Made by a program: the position numbers and the translations under genes
The notes under the pieces: model-generated
Databases searched by the model: none
Told to the model about the DNA's origin: nothing
Seen by the model: the letters and a program-made list of their open reading frames with translations, nothing else
Virus record (IMG/VR): IMGVR_UViG_3300026848_000013
Span: 1-37,563 of that record
Reading direction: 5' to 3' (one strand)
Length of the DNA stretch: 37,563 nucleotides
Source of the DNA: a virus
Lineage: Duplodnaviria > Caudoviricetes
In this document: in pieces, positions 1 to 7,990 of the stretch
Layout of the letters: each line of letters starts with the position of its first letter
How positions within the stretch are numbered: position 1 is the first letter of the stretch

Positions 1-693
1 CTAAAGGTTTCGGAATGAACCTACCACACGGGCAAGAATCTTCATTTGCGCCTTATCATGGTCACTAATTTCCCACGGTTCATAAACAGGGTTATCACTA
101 TGCACCATTATTCGACTACCCTGTCGTTGTAGCCGTTTGATGTACAGTTCTTCGCCAATGCGAAAGGTATATATACCATCACCTTTGTTGGATCGTGCGC
201 CCTCGGACCGATCAAGCAAGGCAATCCCACCGTCCTCTAATGACGGCTCCATACTGTCGCCATTAATATAAATACCGCAAATATCCTTGGGGTTTTTGCC
301 AAGCTGGTCTCGCAAATAGCTTGTTGGCAAGCTGATATATCCAGAAACAACTTCCCCAAAATTCATAGCTCCATTCCCGGCAGAACCACGAACATCGAGA
401 ACTGGGACCCGCGTTAACCCTCCCGGCTCAACAGGGATCAACGTCACATTTCCATGACCTTGCGCAGCCTTCGACCTTTCAGCGAACATTTGCCCCTTTC
501 CTGTAAGGAGCCAGTTAATGTCGATACCTTTTTCGGTCAAGAAAAGAAGGTTGCTGATTTTTGGGTACTTTTCTTCCCGTTCGTAAACCTCCCACGATTT
601 ACGGCTGAGACCAGCCAGTTCTGCGGCTTCCTCTGATGTAAGTCCCAGTTCTTTTCTTGCCTGTCGAAGGCGAGTGCTAAAGCCATTATTCAT
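1..693 (-). CDS. CI/LexA-like prophage repressor (XRE HTH + S24 peptidase)
   Basis: N-terminal RLRQARKELGLTSEEAAELAG HTH; SAG cleavage-type motif, GDSMEP and IKRL catalytic motifs; divergent from ner. Confidence 0.93.
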   Translation of the reverse strand: MNNGFSTRLRQARKELGLTSEEAAELAGLSRKSWEVYEREEKYPKISNLLFLTEKGIDINWLLTGKGQMFAERSKAAQGHGNVTLIPVEPGGLTRVPVLDVRGSAGNGAMNFGEVVSGYISLPTSYLRDQLGKNPKDICGIYINGDSMEPSLEDGGIALLDRSEGARSNKGDGIYTFRIGEELYIKRLQRQGSRIMVHSDNPVYEPWEISDHDKAQMKILARVVGSFRNL

Positions 694-770
694 GCGACAA
701 TTCCATGCAACAAGTGTCGCTGGCTGCTAGCCACAACGGGAAGATGGCGACAATTAATTTTATCAATTGA

Positions 771-783
771 AATCAACATCTTA
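771..783 (+). promoter_or_regulatory. Putative IHF binding site
   Basis: AATCAA-CATC-TTA matches WATCAA-N4-TTR with an AT-rich flank; Mu has an IHF site between repressor and ner. Confidence 0.6.
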
Positions 784-837
784 TGAAGATTGTTGTTAAA
801 ATTACTCAATATTGATCTGTCGCCACTTTTTTTACCC

Positions 838-866
838 TTGATAATGGGTAGTTTTCGTATCATAGT
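838..866 (+). promoter_or_regulatory. Putative early promoter (Pe-like)
   Basis: TTGATA-17 nt-CATAGT upstream of ner. Confidence 0.5.
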
Positions 867-943
867 CTCACCATTCGATGACGCTAACGACCAAAACAAA
901 CCGGCCATCAGGGTAGGGGCCGGTTGTGATCGAGGAGAGACTT

Positions 944-1243
944 ATGGCGCACGGTGCCGACAAACGACCGGAAGAAATCCGCTTCATGCTCAACAGCAAA
1001 GGTATGACCTTTGCCGATGTCGCGCGTGAATGCGATCTACCCGAAAGCACTGTGCGGTCAGCGACCCGCAAACCGAGCATCGAGGGTGAATGGGCAATCG
1101 CCTACTTCCTCGATCTGCCTGCCAGCACGATCTGGCCGTCCCGTTATGACAGCAAAACCGGTGAACGCCTCAAGCCTCAACCTGCTGCGAACTATACGGA
1201 CTTTCCGCGCCTCGGTCACTGTCAAAAAGACATCGCGGCATGA
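944..1243 (+). CDS. ner: Ner-like transcriptional regulator
   Basis: EEIRFMLNSKGMTFADVAR...IWPSRY signature; GAGGAG RBS before ATG944. Confidence 0.9.
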   Translation: MAHGADKRPEEIRFMLNSKGMTFADVARECDLPESTVRSATRKPSIEGEWAIAYFLDLPASTIWPSRYDSKTGERLKPQPAANYTDFPRLGHCQKDIAA

Positions 1244-1303
1244 ACAACGGGCTATCTCCTGACATTCGATTTTCCCTAATACACGCATACGGACACGTCG
1301 CTC

Positions 1304-1771
1304 ATGGCTAAAGCACGCGGTGATAACAACACAATCGACTTGCTGACGGAATGGAACCCGCCGGAGGTCGCTGTTCGCTTCACTCAACCCGAACGGGTTC
1401 GGGGTTCGAGCTTTGCCCAGCGAATCAGTCGGGCAGTATCGGAAGTCCTCAAGGATTGTGAAAAATCACGCGAAGAAATCGCCGCAGGCATGTCTGAATA
1501 TGCAGGCGAAGAAATAACGAAAAACATGCTGGACGCCTATGCCAGCATGGCACGCGAAAGCCATACGATCAGCCTTGAGCGTGCCTTTGCCCTACTCCAC
1601 GCAACCGGTGACGCTAGAATTTTTGGCATGGAGCTGGAACGGTTCGACTTTGCCGTCATCCAAGAGCGTTACCTTGGTGCCGTCGAGGACGCCATGATTG
1701 AAGATCAGCGCGAACAGTTGCGCAAATCGCAACTTGCTGCCCGCCGTCGTTGGAAGGGAGCAACGCGATGA
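1304..1771 (+). CDS. Conserved Mu-like early protein (putative CII-like regulator)
   Basis: SREEIAAGMSEYAGEEITKNMLDAYAS motif; between ner and transposase; ATGA overlap with transposase. Confidence 0.65.
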   Translation: MAKARGDNNTIDLLTEWNPPEVAVRFTQPERVRGSSFAQRISRAVSEVLKDCEKSREEIAAGMSEYAGEEITKNMLDAYASMARESHTISLERAFALLHATGDARIFGMELERFDFAVIQERYLGAVEDAMIEDQREQLRKSQLAARRRWKGATR

Positions 1772-3933
1772 AAGAATGGTGGTCTACTGGGGAAATGGCT
1801 GACGCCAAGATTAAGGGCCTTCCTCACAACAGGACGGCGTTGATTCGCCACATAAAAGAAAACAACTGGGATACCAAAGCAAACTTGGTACGAGATCGCA
1901 AAGGACATGGTGGAGGAAAAGAGTACCATATCCAGCAATGGCCAAAGTCATCGCAGAGAGATTATGCCCGTCGGCATCTCTCGGCGCAACCAGACCTGTT
2001 TGACCAGGCATCCGTACCAGCACCGCTTGCAGCAAAAGATACAGCAGCTAATACCGACGATCTGAACGCATTTCAGCGTGAGGTCATGAATGCCCGTGCA
2101 ACATTGGTTGCCACGGTCAATCAACATGCCGAAGTAACAGGCCGGAACGCAGCCCTTGATATTGTTGTCGAGGAAGCCCGCAAAGGCACCCTGCCCGCCG
2201 ATCTGCAAGAGCTTGTCGGTATAGCCAATGCCAAAAGCGGTCGTCGCGTAAAGACCGCTAAAGGCAAGCACAAGATATCGCGCAGAACGCTGTATCAATG
2301 GGTGCTTGACCACGAAAAGGGCGGCATTTTTGCCCTCGCTCCGACACCGGCGAACAAATCGGATTATGAAATCCCGGCATGGGCACCTGCCCTCATGCAG
2401 CTTTGGGCCGATCCGCACAAACCATCGCTTACAGCGGTTCTGGAAGAGTTGCCCGGCACCCTGCCCGATGGCGTTGACATGCCATCCTATGATCAGGCGC
2501 GTCGCTTCCTTGCCAACAAGGTTTCGGTTGTTGACAAGAACCGGGGTCGGATGGGGCCACAGGCCCTTAAAAGCCTGCAAGCCTTCACCCGGCGCGATGT
2601 GTCCGAGCTTTGGCCGGGCGCGGTTTACACCGCCGATGGTCACACCTTCCGCGCAAAGATTGAACACCCGTTCCACGGTTCCCCGTTCCAGCCGGAAATC
2701 ACATTCACGATGGATGTTTTCACCCGTTATATCGTCGGGTGGTCTGTTGGCTTGGCCGAGAACTCCATCGGTGTTCTCGAAGCCCTGTCACACGCAATTA
2801 TCGAACGCGATGATGGCCGTCACAGCGCCCTGCCTCTGATCTTTTACACGGATAATGGCAAGGGCTTTAAGAACGAGATGTTCAGTTCGACCGCCATCGG
2901 TTTCTTTGACCGGTGGGGCATCACACAGAAGACCTCTCTGCCTTACAACTCACAGGCACGCGGTGTTATCGAACGCTTCAACCGGAATGTTCGTCAATGG
3001 GCCAAAAAGCTCGTTTCCTATAGCGGTTCGGAACTGGACAAAGAAGCCAAACGCTATATAGACCGCGCCCGCATTCAGGCCGCGAAAAAGAAGATCAAAA
3101 GCCGGTTCGATGTTACGTGGGATGACTTCCGGACGTTTATCCAGGATCAGATTGATACCTACAACAACAACCCGCAATCCGGCCTGAAACGTGTTCGTGA
3201 CCCTCAAACCCGAAAATACCGTCATCTAAGCCCGGCAGAAGTCTGGTCGGAATGGCTTGCTGATGGCGGAAAAGCCCGCACCATCGCGGTTTCAGAGGCG
3301 TCTGACCTGTTGCGTCCGTATGACCGGCGCAAGGTTGCACGGTGTGAAATCCGTATCCTCAACAATGTCTATTTCAGTCACGAACTTGAAGCCTATCACG
3401 GCCAAGAGGTTCTGGTTGGCTATGACATCCATGATGCAAACCGTGTCTGGGTTCGTGATTTTGAAATGCGCCTTCTGGCTGTTGCCGAGCTGGATGCCAA
3501 CGCCCGGCCCTATTTCGATGGCGACACCCTGCGCACCGCACAAAGCAAACAGGATCAGGTTCTGGCCGCACGTACCAAAGGACGCTTGGGACGCATTGAG
3601 GAAAAACGGCAGGAAATTATTGCCGAAGCCAAAGGACCGGCACTTGAAGTCGAATATCAGCCAGCCGTGCCGATGGAAGATTTCCAGATCAAGGCCGCTG
3701 ACGAAATGTTGGCCCGGTTTGAGCAGCCCAAGCCGGTTCTAAAACAGGCTAACGGTCGGCCCGTTTTCAAAGACGATATCGAATGGGTGATGTGGCTTTC
3801 ACTCAACCCCGAACAAATCACCGAACAGGATCGGGCAGTTCTATCCGAGCGGCTCGAAAAGGCTTCCTTCCGCCAGCTTCTGGCGATGGAGGAAATCGAC
3901 CCCACGCGGATTGTTGGTCGCAAGGCCGCGTGA
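1768..3933 (+). CDS. MuA-like DDE transposase
   Basis: N-terminal Mu-type HTH; catalytic motifs YTADGH, YTDNG, IERFN; C-terminal YDIHDANRVWV. Confidence 0.95.
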   Translation: MKEWWSTGEMADAKIKGLPHNRTALIRHIKENNWDTKANLVRDRKGHGGGKEYHIQQWPKSSQRDYARRHLSAQPDLFDQASVPAPLAAKDTAANTDDLNAFQREVMNARATLVATVNQHAEVTGRNAALDIVVEEARKGTLPADLQELVGIANAKSGRRVKTAKGKHKISRRTLYQWVLDHEKGGIFALAPTPANKSDYEIPAWAPALMQLWADPHKPSLTAVLEELPGTLPDGVDMPSYDQARRFLANKVSVVDKNRGRMGPQALKSLQAFTRRDVSELWPGAVYTADGHTFRAKIEHPFHGSPFQPEITFTMDVFTRYIVGWSVGLAENSIGVLEALSHAIIERDDGRHSALPLIFYTDNGKGFKNEMFSSTAIGFFDRWGITQKTSLPYNSQARGVIERFNRNVRQWAKKLVSYSGSELDKEAKRYIDRARIQAAKKKIKSRFDVTWDDFRTFIQDQIDTYNNNPQSGLKRVRDPQTRKYRHLSPAEVWSEWLADGGKARTIAVSEASDLLRPYDRRKVARCEIRILNNVYFSHELEAYHGQEVLVGYDIHDANRVWVRDFEMRLLAVAELDANARPYFDGDTLRTAQSKQDQVLAARTKGRLGRIEEKRQEIIAEAKGPALEVEYQPAVPMEDFQIKAADEMLARFEQPKPVLKQANGRPVFKDDIEWVMWLSLNPEQITEQDRAVLSERLEKASFRQLLAMEEIDPTRIVGRKAA

Positions 3934-3982
3934 GGTCAATGACTGCCGCAAAGCGGCACAACGAAGAGAAGAAAGGTTAATT

Positions 3983-4747
3983 ATGCGTCTCAAGTTTGTA
4001 AATACGCAAAACGTCAAGAAGCTGATGGCAGGTATGGCCGCGATTGAGCAACGCGGTGCCGGGGAAGCCTGTCTAGTTGTGGTTGACGGTTCGCCGGGCC
4101 TCGGCAAAACCGAAAATATCAGCTACATGGCCGCACAAAATGCCAGCGTATTCGTTCGCGCAAAGCGTGAATGGACGCCGAACTGGATGCTCGGCGAATT
4201 GCTGGAGGCATGTGGCGTCCAGGCAAAGCCGCAATCCTTTGAGCGCAAATATCGTCTTCTGGTCGAAACCCTTTCCATGCAGGCCAAAACCGCCGCCGAT
4301 AACGGCGAGATGTTTTTCGTTGGCATCGACGAGTGCGATTATATCTGCCGGTCAGACAAGATGCTTTCGACCATCCGCGATCTGAGCGACTTCGTGGAAA
4401 TCCCCTTTGTTTTAGTCGGAATGGGCAAAGTCCGCGATAGCCTGACACGCTTCCCGCAGGTCACGTCCCGCGTTGGTCAGTATGTCCGGTTTGAAAAACT
4501 CACACCCGAAGACACCGAGAAGGTCGTTCGCGAACTTTGCGAAGTCAAAGTCAAAGACGATCTGATCGCGCTTCTGCATGAAAAAGCGAACGGCTATATC
4601 CGCGAGGTCAAGGAAGGCATCGCGCATATCGAACGGTTCGGCAAGATGCAGGACAGTGCCGAAATCGGTGTGGCCGAAATGAACGGCCAGGTTCTTTTGA
4701 ACGACCGTGCAACGTCCCGCCCGATCATCGTGCGGGGTGGCAAATGA
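3983..4747 (+). CDS. MuB-like AAA+ transposition ATPase
   Basis: Walker A GSPGLGKT, Walker B VGIDECD, arginine-finger region TSRV; follows transposase. Confidence 0.92.
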   Translation: MRLKFVNTQNVKKLMAGMAAIEQRGAGEACLVVVDGSPGLGKTENISYMAAQNASVFVRAKREWTPNWMLGELLEACGVQAKPQSFERKYRLLVETLSMQAKTAADNGEMFFVGIDECDYICRSDKMLSTIRDLSDFVEIPFVLVGMGKVRDSLTRFPQVTSRVGQYVRFEKLTPEDTEKVVRELCEVKVKDDLIALLHEKANGYIREVKEGIAHIERFGKMQDSAEIGVAEMNGQVLLNDRATSRPIIVRGGK

Positions 4748-5328
4748 ACAAGGGTCGATCCTTCATCCAAGAGGCCGTGCGCGACCTTTTGCCGCCACAT
4801 GCCTGCCTGACGATTGATGAACTGGATGCAGCCTTGCCGGATCATCCACGGCGCAAAATCGTCAATGCCACCCTTAAACTCATGAGCCGGGGGCTTATTG
4901 AGCGGGTCGAGCGCGGTTGCTATCAGTTGACACAGGAAGGCGTGATCAGCCGGGCTGACTGTGAAGCCCTGACCAGCGGCCCGAATGCACCGCATACCGC
5001 CAAGGCGCAAAAACAACGCGGGAACCACCTTCGCCAGCGGGTTTGGCGGGTGATGCCGGTAAAACAGAAATTCACAATCGATGATCTGCTTTCGATTGCT
5101 GCAAAGGGTGCCGAGAAAAACGCCCGGAACAACGTCCAGAAATATCTGAGGCATCTTTGCCAGGCGGGATATCTGCGTGAATTGCGCCGGTCCCCCGGCG
5201 ATGCGATGACCTCCAACGGATTCAAGCGGTATCAGATTATCCGCCATACCGGCCCGCTGGCCCCCATTCCCCGCAACAACGGCGTGTATGACCGCAACAC
5301 GGGGGAGTTCCATGAACGCAATCAATGA
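4744..5328 (+). CDS. Winged-HTH DNA-binding early protein
   Basis: Two wHTH-like repeats (GLIERVERGCYQLT; YLRHLCQAGYL); ATGA-coupled to the ATPase. Confidence 0.7.
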   Translation: MNKGRSFIQEAVRDLLPPHACLTIDELDAALPDHPRRKIVNATLKLMSRGLIERVERGCYQLTQEGVISRADCEALTSGPNAPHTAKAQKQRGNHLRQRVWRVMPVKQKFTIDDLLSIAAKGAEKNARNNVQKYLRHLCQAGYLRELRRSPGDAMTSNGFKRYQIIRHTGPLAPIPRNNGVYDRNTGEFHERNQ

Positions 5329-5662
5329 ACTCCCGCGCTGGCGCGTTCTGCTGGCCGCAGAAATTGACCGCACATCGGTCACGGAGACAGCCAAGCGCAT
5401 TGGCTATGCCCGGTCGTCTGTATCGCTGGCCAATGGCGGGAAATACACCGCTAACACCGACCAGTTAGAGGCGCGTGTTCTTGAAGTCCTGGGCGGGCCG
5501 GAACCGACGTTCTATTGCCCGGCCCAGACAACCAGCATCACGAAATCGGAATGCACCGACTTTGCTGCACGGCCCATGCCAACGGCCAGCCCACGCGCCC
5601 TGCGTCAGTGGCAAATCTGTCAATCCTGCACCCATCGGGAGGACTGCAACAATGCTGAGTGA
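5312..5662 (+). CDS. HTH protein with C-terminal Cys cluster
   Basis: TETAKRIGYARSSVSL HTH; CP..C...CQSC; GGGGAG RBS. Confidence 0.7.
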   Translation: MNAINELPRWRVLLAAEIDRTSVTETAKRIGYARSSVSLANGGKYTANTDQLEARVLEVLGGPEPTFYCPAQTTSITKSECTDFAARPMPTASPRALRQWQICQSCTHREDCNNAE

Positions 5663-5948
5663 AGACCTTACCAACGTCACGGCAACCTTGCGCGATCATG
5701 CCGGTGCCAATGGCGGCAAGCTGTACCTGTCCCAACGCATGACAAGCATTTTGCTCGACAATCTCGGTTTGCTGGCCCTCGACCTTGGCCAGTACGAAAA
5801 GTCGAATGGTCCGATTGCTACCGGTGCGCCCAACATCGCAGCCATTCAGCGTGGCCTTGCCGCTGGCACGGTTGTCAGTCTTGCAGATCGCCGCATGAGC
5901 AAAATGTGCAGCGCCTTCACCCCGGACGACGGGGGAAATGCAGCATGA
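5652..5948 (+). CDS. Hypothetical early protein
   Basis: GGAGGA RBS; overlaps both neighbours. Confidence 0.6.
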   Translation: MLSEDLTNVTATLRDHAGANGGKLYLSQRMTSILLDNLGLLALDLGQYEKSNGPIATGAPNIAAIQRGLAAGTVVSLADRRMSKMCSAFTPDDGGNAA

Positions 5949-6196
5949 AGCAGTCAACCGCAACCGGATCGGTCAAAGCGAATGACAGCAGGTTAGCCGC
6001 CGTTCAAAGCCGGATCGGGTCGTTCCTTTACGCCACATGGATCATGCCCCTGAAAGTCCGGTTTGAGGACGACAAGCTGATCATTGCCGCGCCGAGCGCC
6101 ATGCACGCCGATGCGGCCCGAAACCGGTTTGGCAACCAGCTCAAAGACGCCTTCAAGGCCGCTGAATTGCGCGTCTATGTGGATCGGAGCGAATGA
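5945..6196 (+). CDS. Stand-alone DnaA N-terminal (domain I)-like protein
   Basis: LYATWIMPLKVRFEDDKLIIAAPSAMHADAARNRF resembles the DnaA domain I pattern; ATGA coupling. Confidence 0.65.
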   Translation: MKQSTATGSVKANDSRLAAVQSRIGSFLYATWIMPLKVRFEDDKLIIAAPSAMHADAARNRFGNQLKDAFKAAELRVYVDRSE

Positions 6197-6303
6197 CCAT
6201 GAAACGAGGAAACCCGATCACCCAATGGTGGCGTTACATCCGCCACATCTGGCTATCGCCCCGGAGGGATCGATGGTCCGCCATTACATCCCCGAAAAAG
6301 TAA
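6193..6303 (+). CDS. 36-aa basic Trp-rich small protein (not in ORF track)
   Basis: MTMKRGNPITQWWRYIRHIWLSPRRDRWSAITSPKK; GGAG RBS, ATGA overlap, fills an operon gap. Confidence 0.5.
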   Translation: MTMKRGNPITQWWRYIRHIWLSPRRDRWSAITSPKK

Positions 6304-6335
6304 TCGAAATACCAATCAACCCAAGGACCGAACTC

Positions 6336-6995
6336 ATGGAACCGATCACTGAAACCGCCGACCTGAACAGCGTTTTGCCAATCGTAACCGTTCATGACCA
6401 GCAATATCTCGAAGACGCCAAAGGCAAGCTCATTCCACTGGCCCAGGTACCGGATGATCACCGAATGCGTGATGGCTTGGTGCGCGAAAAAATCGCCAAG
6501 GTCATCACTCTGCAAAAACAACTGCGTGACTTCAAAATCGAAGTCATGGCCGACATCGCCGCCTTTGTTCAACTTTCGGCTGATCAGTATCAAGTGCACA
6601 TCGGCGGCACCAAGGGCAACGTCCAGCTAACCACCATCAAGGGCGATATGCGGATGATCCGGCAGGTGTCGGAGAACCTTGCATTTGATGAAAAGCTGAT
6701 CGCCGCCAAGGCCCTGATCGATGAATGCATCATCGAATGGTCCGAAGGGTCGCGCCCGGAAATCCAGACTCTTGTTCAGGACGCTTTCCAGACCGATCAG
6801 CAAGGCAAGATCAGTACGGGTCGTGTCCTTGGCTTGCGCCGCCTCAAGATCGATGACGAAAAGTGGCTGCGTGCGATGGAGGCGATCTCGGACAGCATCC
6901 ATGTCCAGGACACCAAAGCCTATGTCCGCTTCCAGAAACGCAATGACACCACCGGCAAGTGGGAAACCCTGCCGCTGGACATGGCCGCAGTGTGA
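6336..6995 (+). CDS. DUF3164 family protein
   Basis: GGTKGNVQL, FDEKLIAAKALIDECI, LGLRRLKIDDEKWLRAMEAI motifs typical of Mu-like prophages. Confidence 0.85.
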   Translation: MEPITETADLNSVLPIVTVHDQQYLEDAKGKLIPLAQVPDDHRMRDGLVREKIAKVITLQKQLRDFKIEVMADIAAFVQLSADQYQVHIGGTKGNVQLTTIKGDMRMIRQVSENLAFDEKLIAAKALIDECIIEWSEGSRPEIQTLVQDAFQTDQQGKISTGRVLGLRRLKIDDEKWLRAMEAISDSIHVQDTKAYVRFQKRNDTTGKWETLPLDMAAV

Positions 6996-7006
6996 TGGAG
7001 GGCGCA

Positions 7007-7222
7007 ATGTCAAAGAAAAAGCCAAGCACAGTCTATCGCGTCGAACTGGTTGGCCATGACCTGATTTACGTCATCGCCCGCCACGAAAAAGGGGCTTTGA
7101 GCGTTGCGCTCCAGCACGGATATGAGCCGGATCGCAGCCCGTCGGCCAAGCCCCGGCGCGTTGATGACCTGTTCGCAGAACGGGCCATCAACCGCAAGAA
7201 CCCGGGTCAGGAAGCGGCATGA
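7007..7222 (+). CDS. Hypothetical protein
   Basis: GGAGG RBS; coupled to next ORF. Confidence 0.6.
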   Translation: MSKKKPSTVYRVELVGHDLIYVIARHEKGALSVALQHGYEPDRSPSAKPRRVDDLFAERAINRKNPGQEAA

Positions 7223-7443
7223 CCCCTCAAGCAAAGCTGGAAATCGTGATGGATCGCCTGCGTACCAGCACCAGCGCCTTGGAAGCTGACCGCGCACAGT
7301 TCTTTGATGCCGCAACCAACAAGGACGGCAAAATCGAACATGAAAGTGATGCCCGTCACCTCGCATATCTCGACGGCATGATCGCGGAAAACAAGGCCGC
7401 ATTAAACATTCAGGTCCAGCGCCGAAAAGTCGTTGGTGCCTGA
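7219..7443 (+). CDS. Hypothetical protein
   Basis: ATGA overlap; helical 74 aa. Confidence 0.6.
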   Translation: MTPQAKLEIVMDRLRTSTSALEADRAQFFDAATNKDGKIEHESDARHLAYLDGMIAENKAALNIQVQRRKVVGA

Positions 7444-7448
7444 TGTGA

Positions 7449-7669
7449 AACCGGGGCCGACCAAACCTGTTGCAAGTGCTTTTGGTTCGGCCCTGGTTAC
7501 CTCCAAACACCCCGTTACCCCGCTTGAAGGCAGGGTCGGGGCTTTGGGCTGAAACGTCTGGCCCGGACACGCAAGGGCAATTTGGCAACAGGTTGGGCAC
7601 CGGACCACGCAAAGGGCGAAACAGCAGGTGCTTACGACAATGGAGGCGACAATGAAAAAGGTCATTTAA
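7449..7669 (+). ncRNA. Candidate structured RNA with possible pseudoknot
   Basis: Stems 7449-7465/7481-7498, 7503-7547 and 7596-7601/7627-7632; loop 7466-7473 complementary to 7585-7592. Confidence 0.5.
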
Positions 7670-7686
7670 CCCAGAGAAACAAGCAA

Positions 7687-7719
7687 GTCGGGATGCATCC
7701 CCTCCCTGTGCATCCCGAC
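7687..7719. repeat. Perfect 11-bp inverted repeat with C-rich loop
   Basis: GTCGGGATGCA / TGCATCCCGAC. Confidence 0.8.
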
Positions 7720-7755
7720 CTTCGCCATAGCAACGAGCAGATCACGGTCTGCTGA

Positions 7756-7945
7756 TTGGTGCGGCGGCGTGGAAGCGAACACGTAGTGCTGACGAGTACG
7801 GGGTCTGTGCCCGGTGGTAGCCGGGAGGCGTCACGACAGGAACAGGCATTAAGCCAACAGCCTTTGCTGTCTGTTCTGTGAATTCAGATGATCCGGGTTC
7901 GAATCCAGGTGACCCAGAGCCGGAGTAGAGACCGGCCCGCACCAA
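7756..7945 (+). ncRNA. tRNA-like structured RNA with very large variable domain
   Basis: Acceptor-like TTGGTGCGG/CCGCACCAA; D-like GCGTG/CACGT; GTGCT/AGTAC hairpin; GGGTC/GACCC-closed domain with internal GGGTTCGAATCC; terminal GCCGG/CCGGC arm. Confidence 0.7.
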
Positions 7946-7990
7946 CGCTGAGTTTGAAGATCGAGCAAACAGATAAAACGAGGAACGAAA

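Noticed and set aside
6084-6335. Extended N-terminus for the DUF3164 protein
   Set aside because: Overlaps two better-supported small genes; AAGGA RBS supports ATG6336
7563-7625. c-di-GMP-I riboswitch suggested by CACGCAA-GGGC
   Set aside because: Only superficial similarity; the expected P2/P3 arrangement could not be built
7470-7655. 61-aa ORF and other short ORFs across the RNA cluster
   Set aside because: TTG start, no RBS, no recognisable motif; base pairing explains the region better
7789-7815. Hammerhead ribozyme core CTGACGA
   Set aside because: No GAAA follows the potential stem II; better explained as the GTGCT-GACG-AGTAC hairpin
7892-7909. Canonical tRNA gene suggested by GGGTTCGAATCC
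   Set aside because: No properly spaced acceptor, D and 7-nt anticodon arms around it; it is nested in the larger tRNA-like fold
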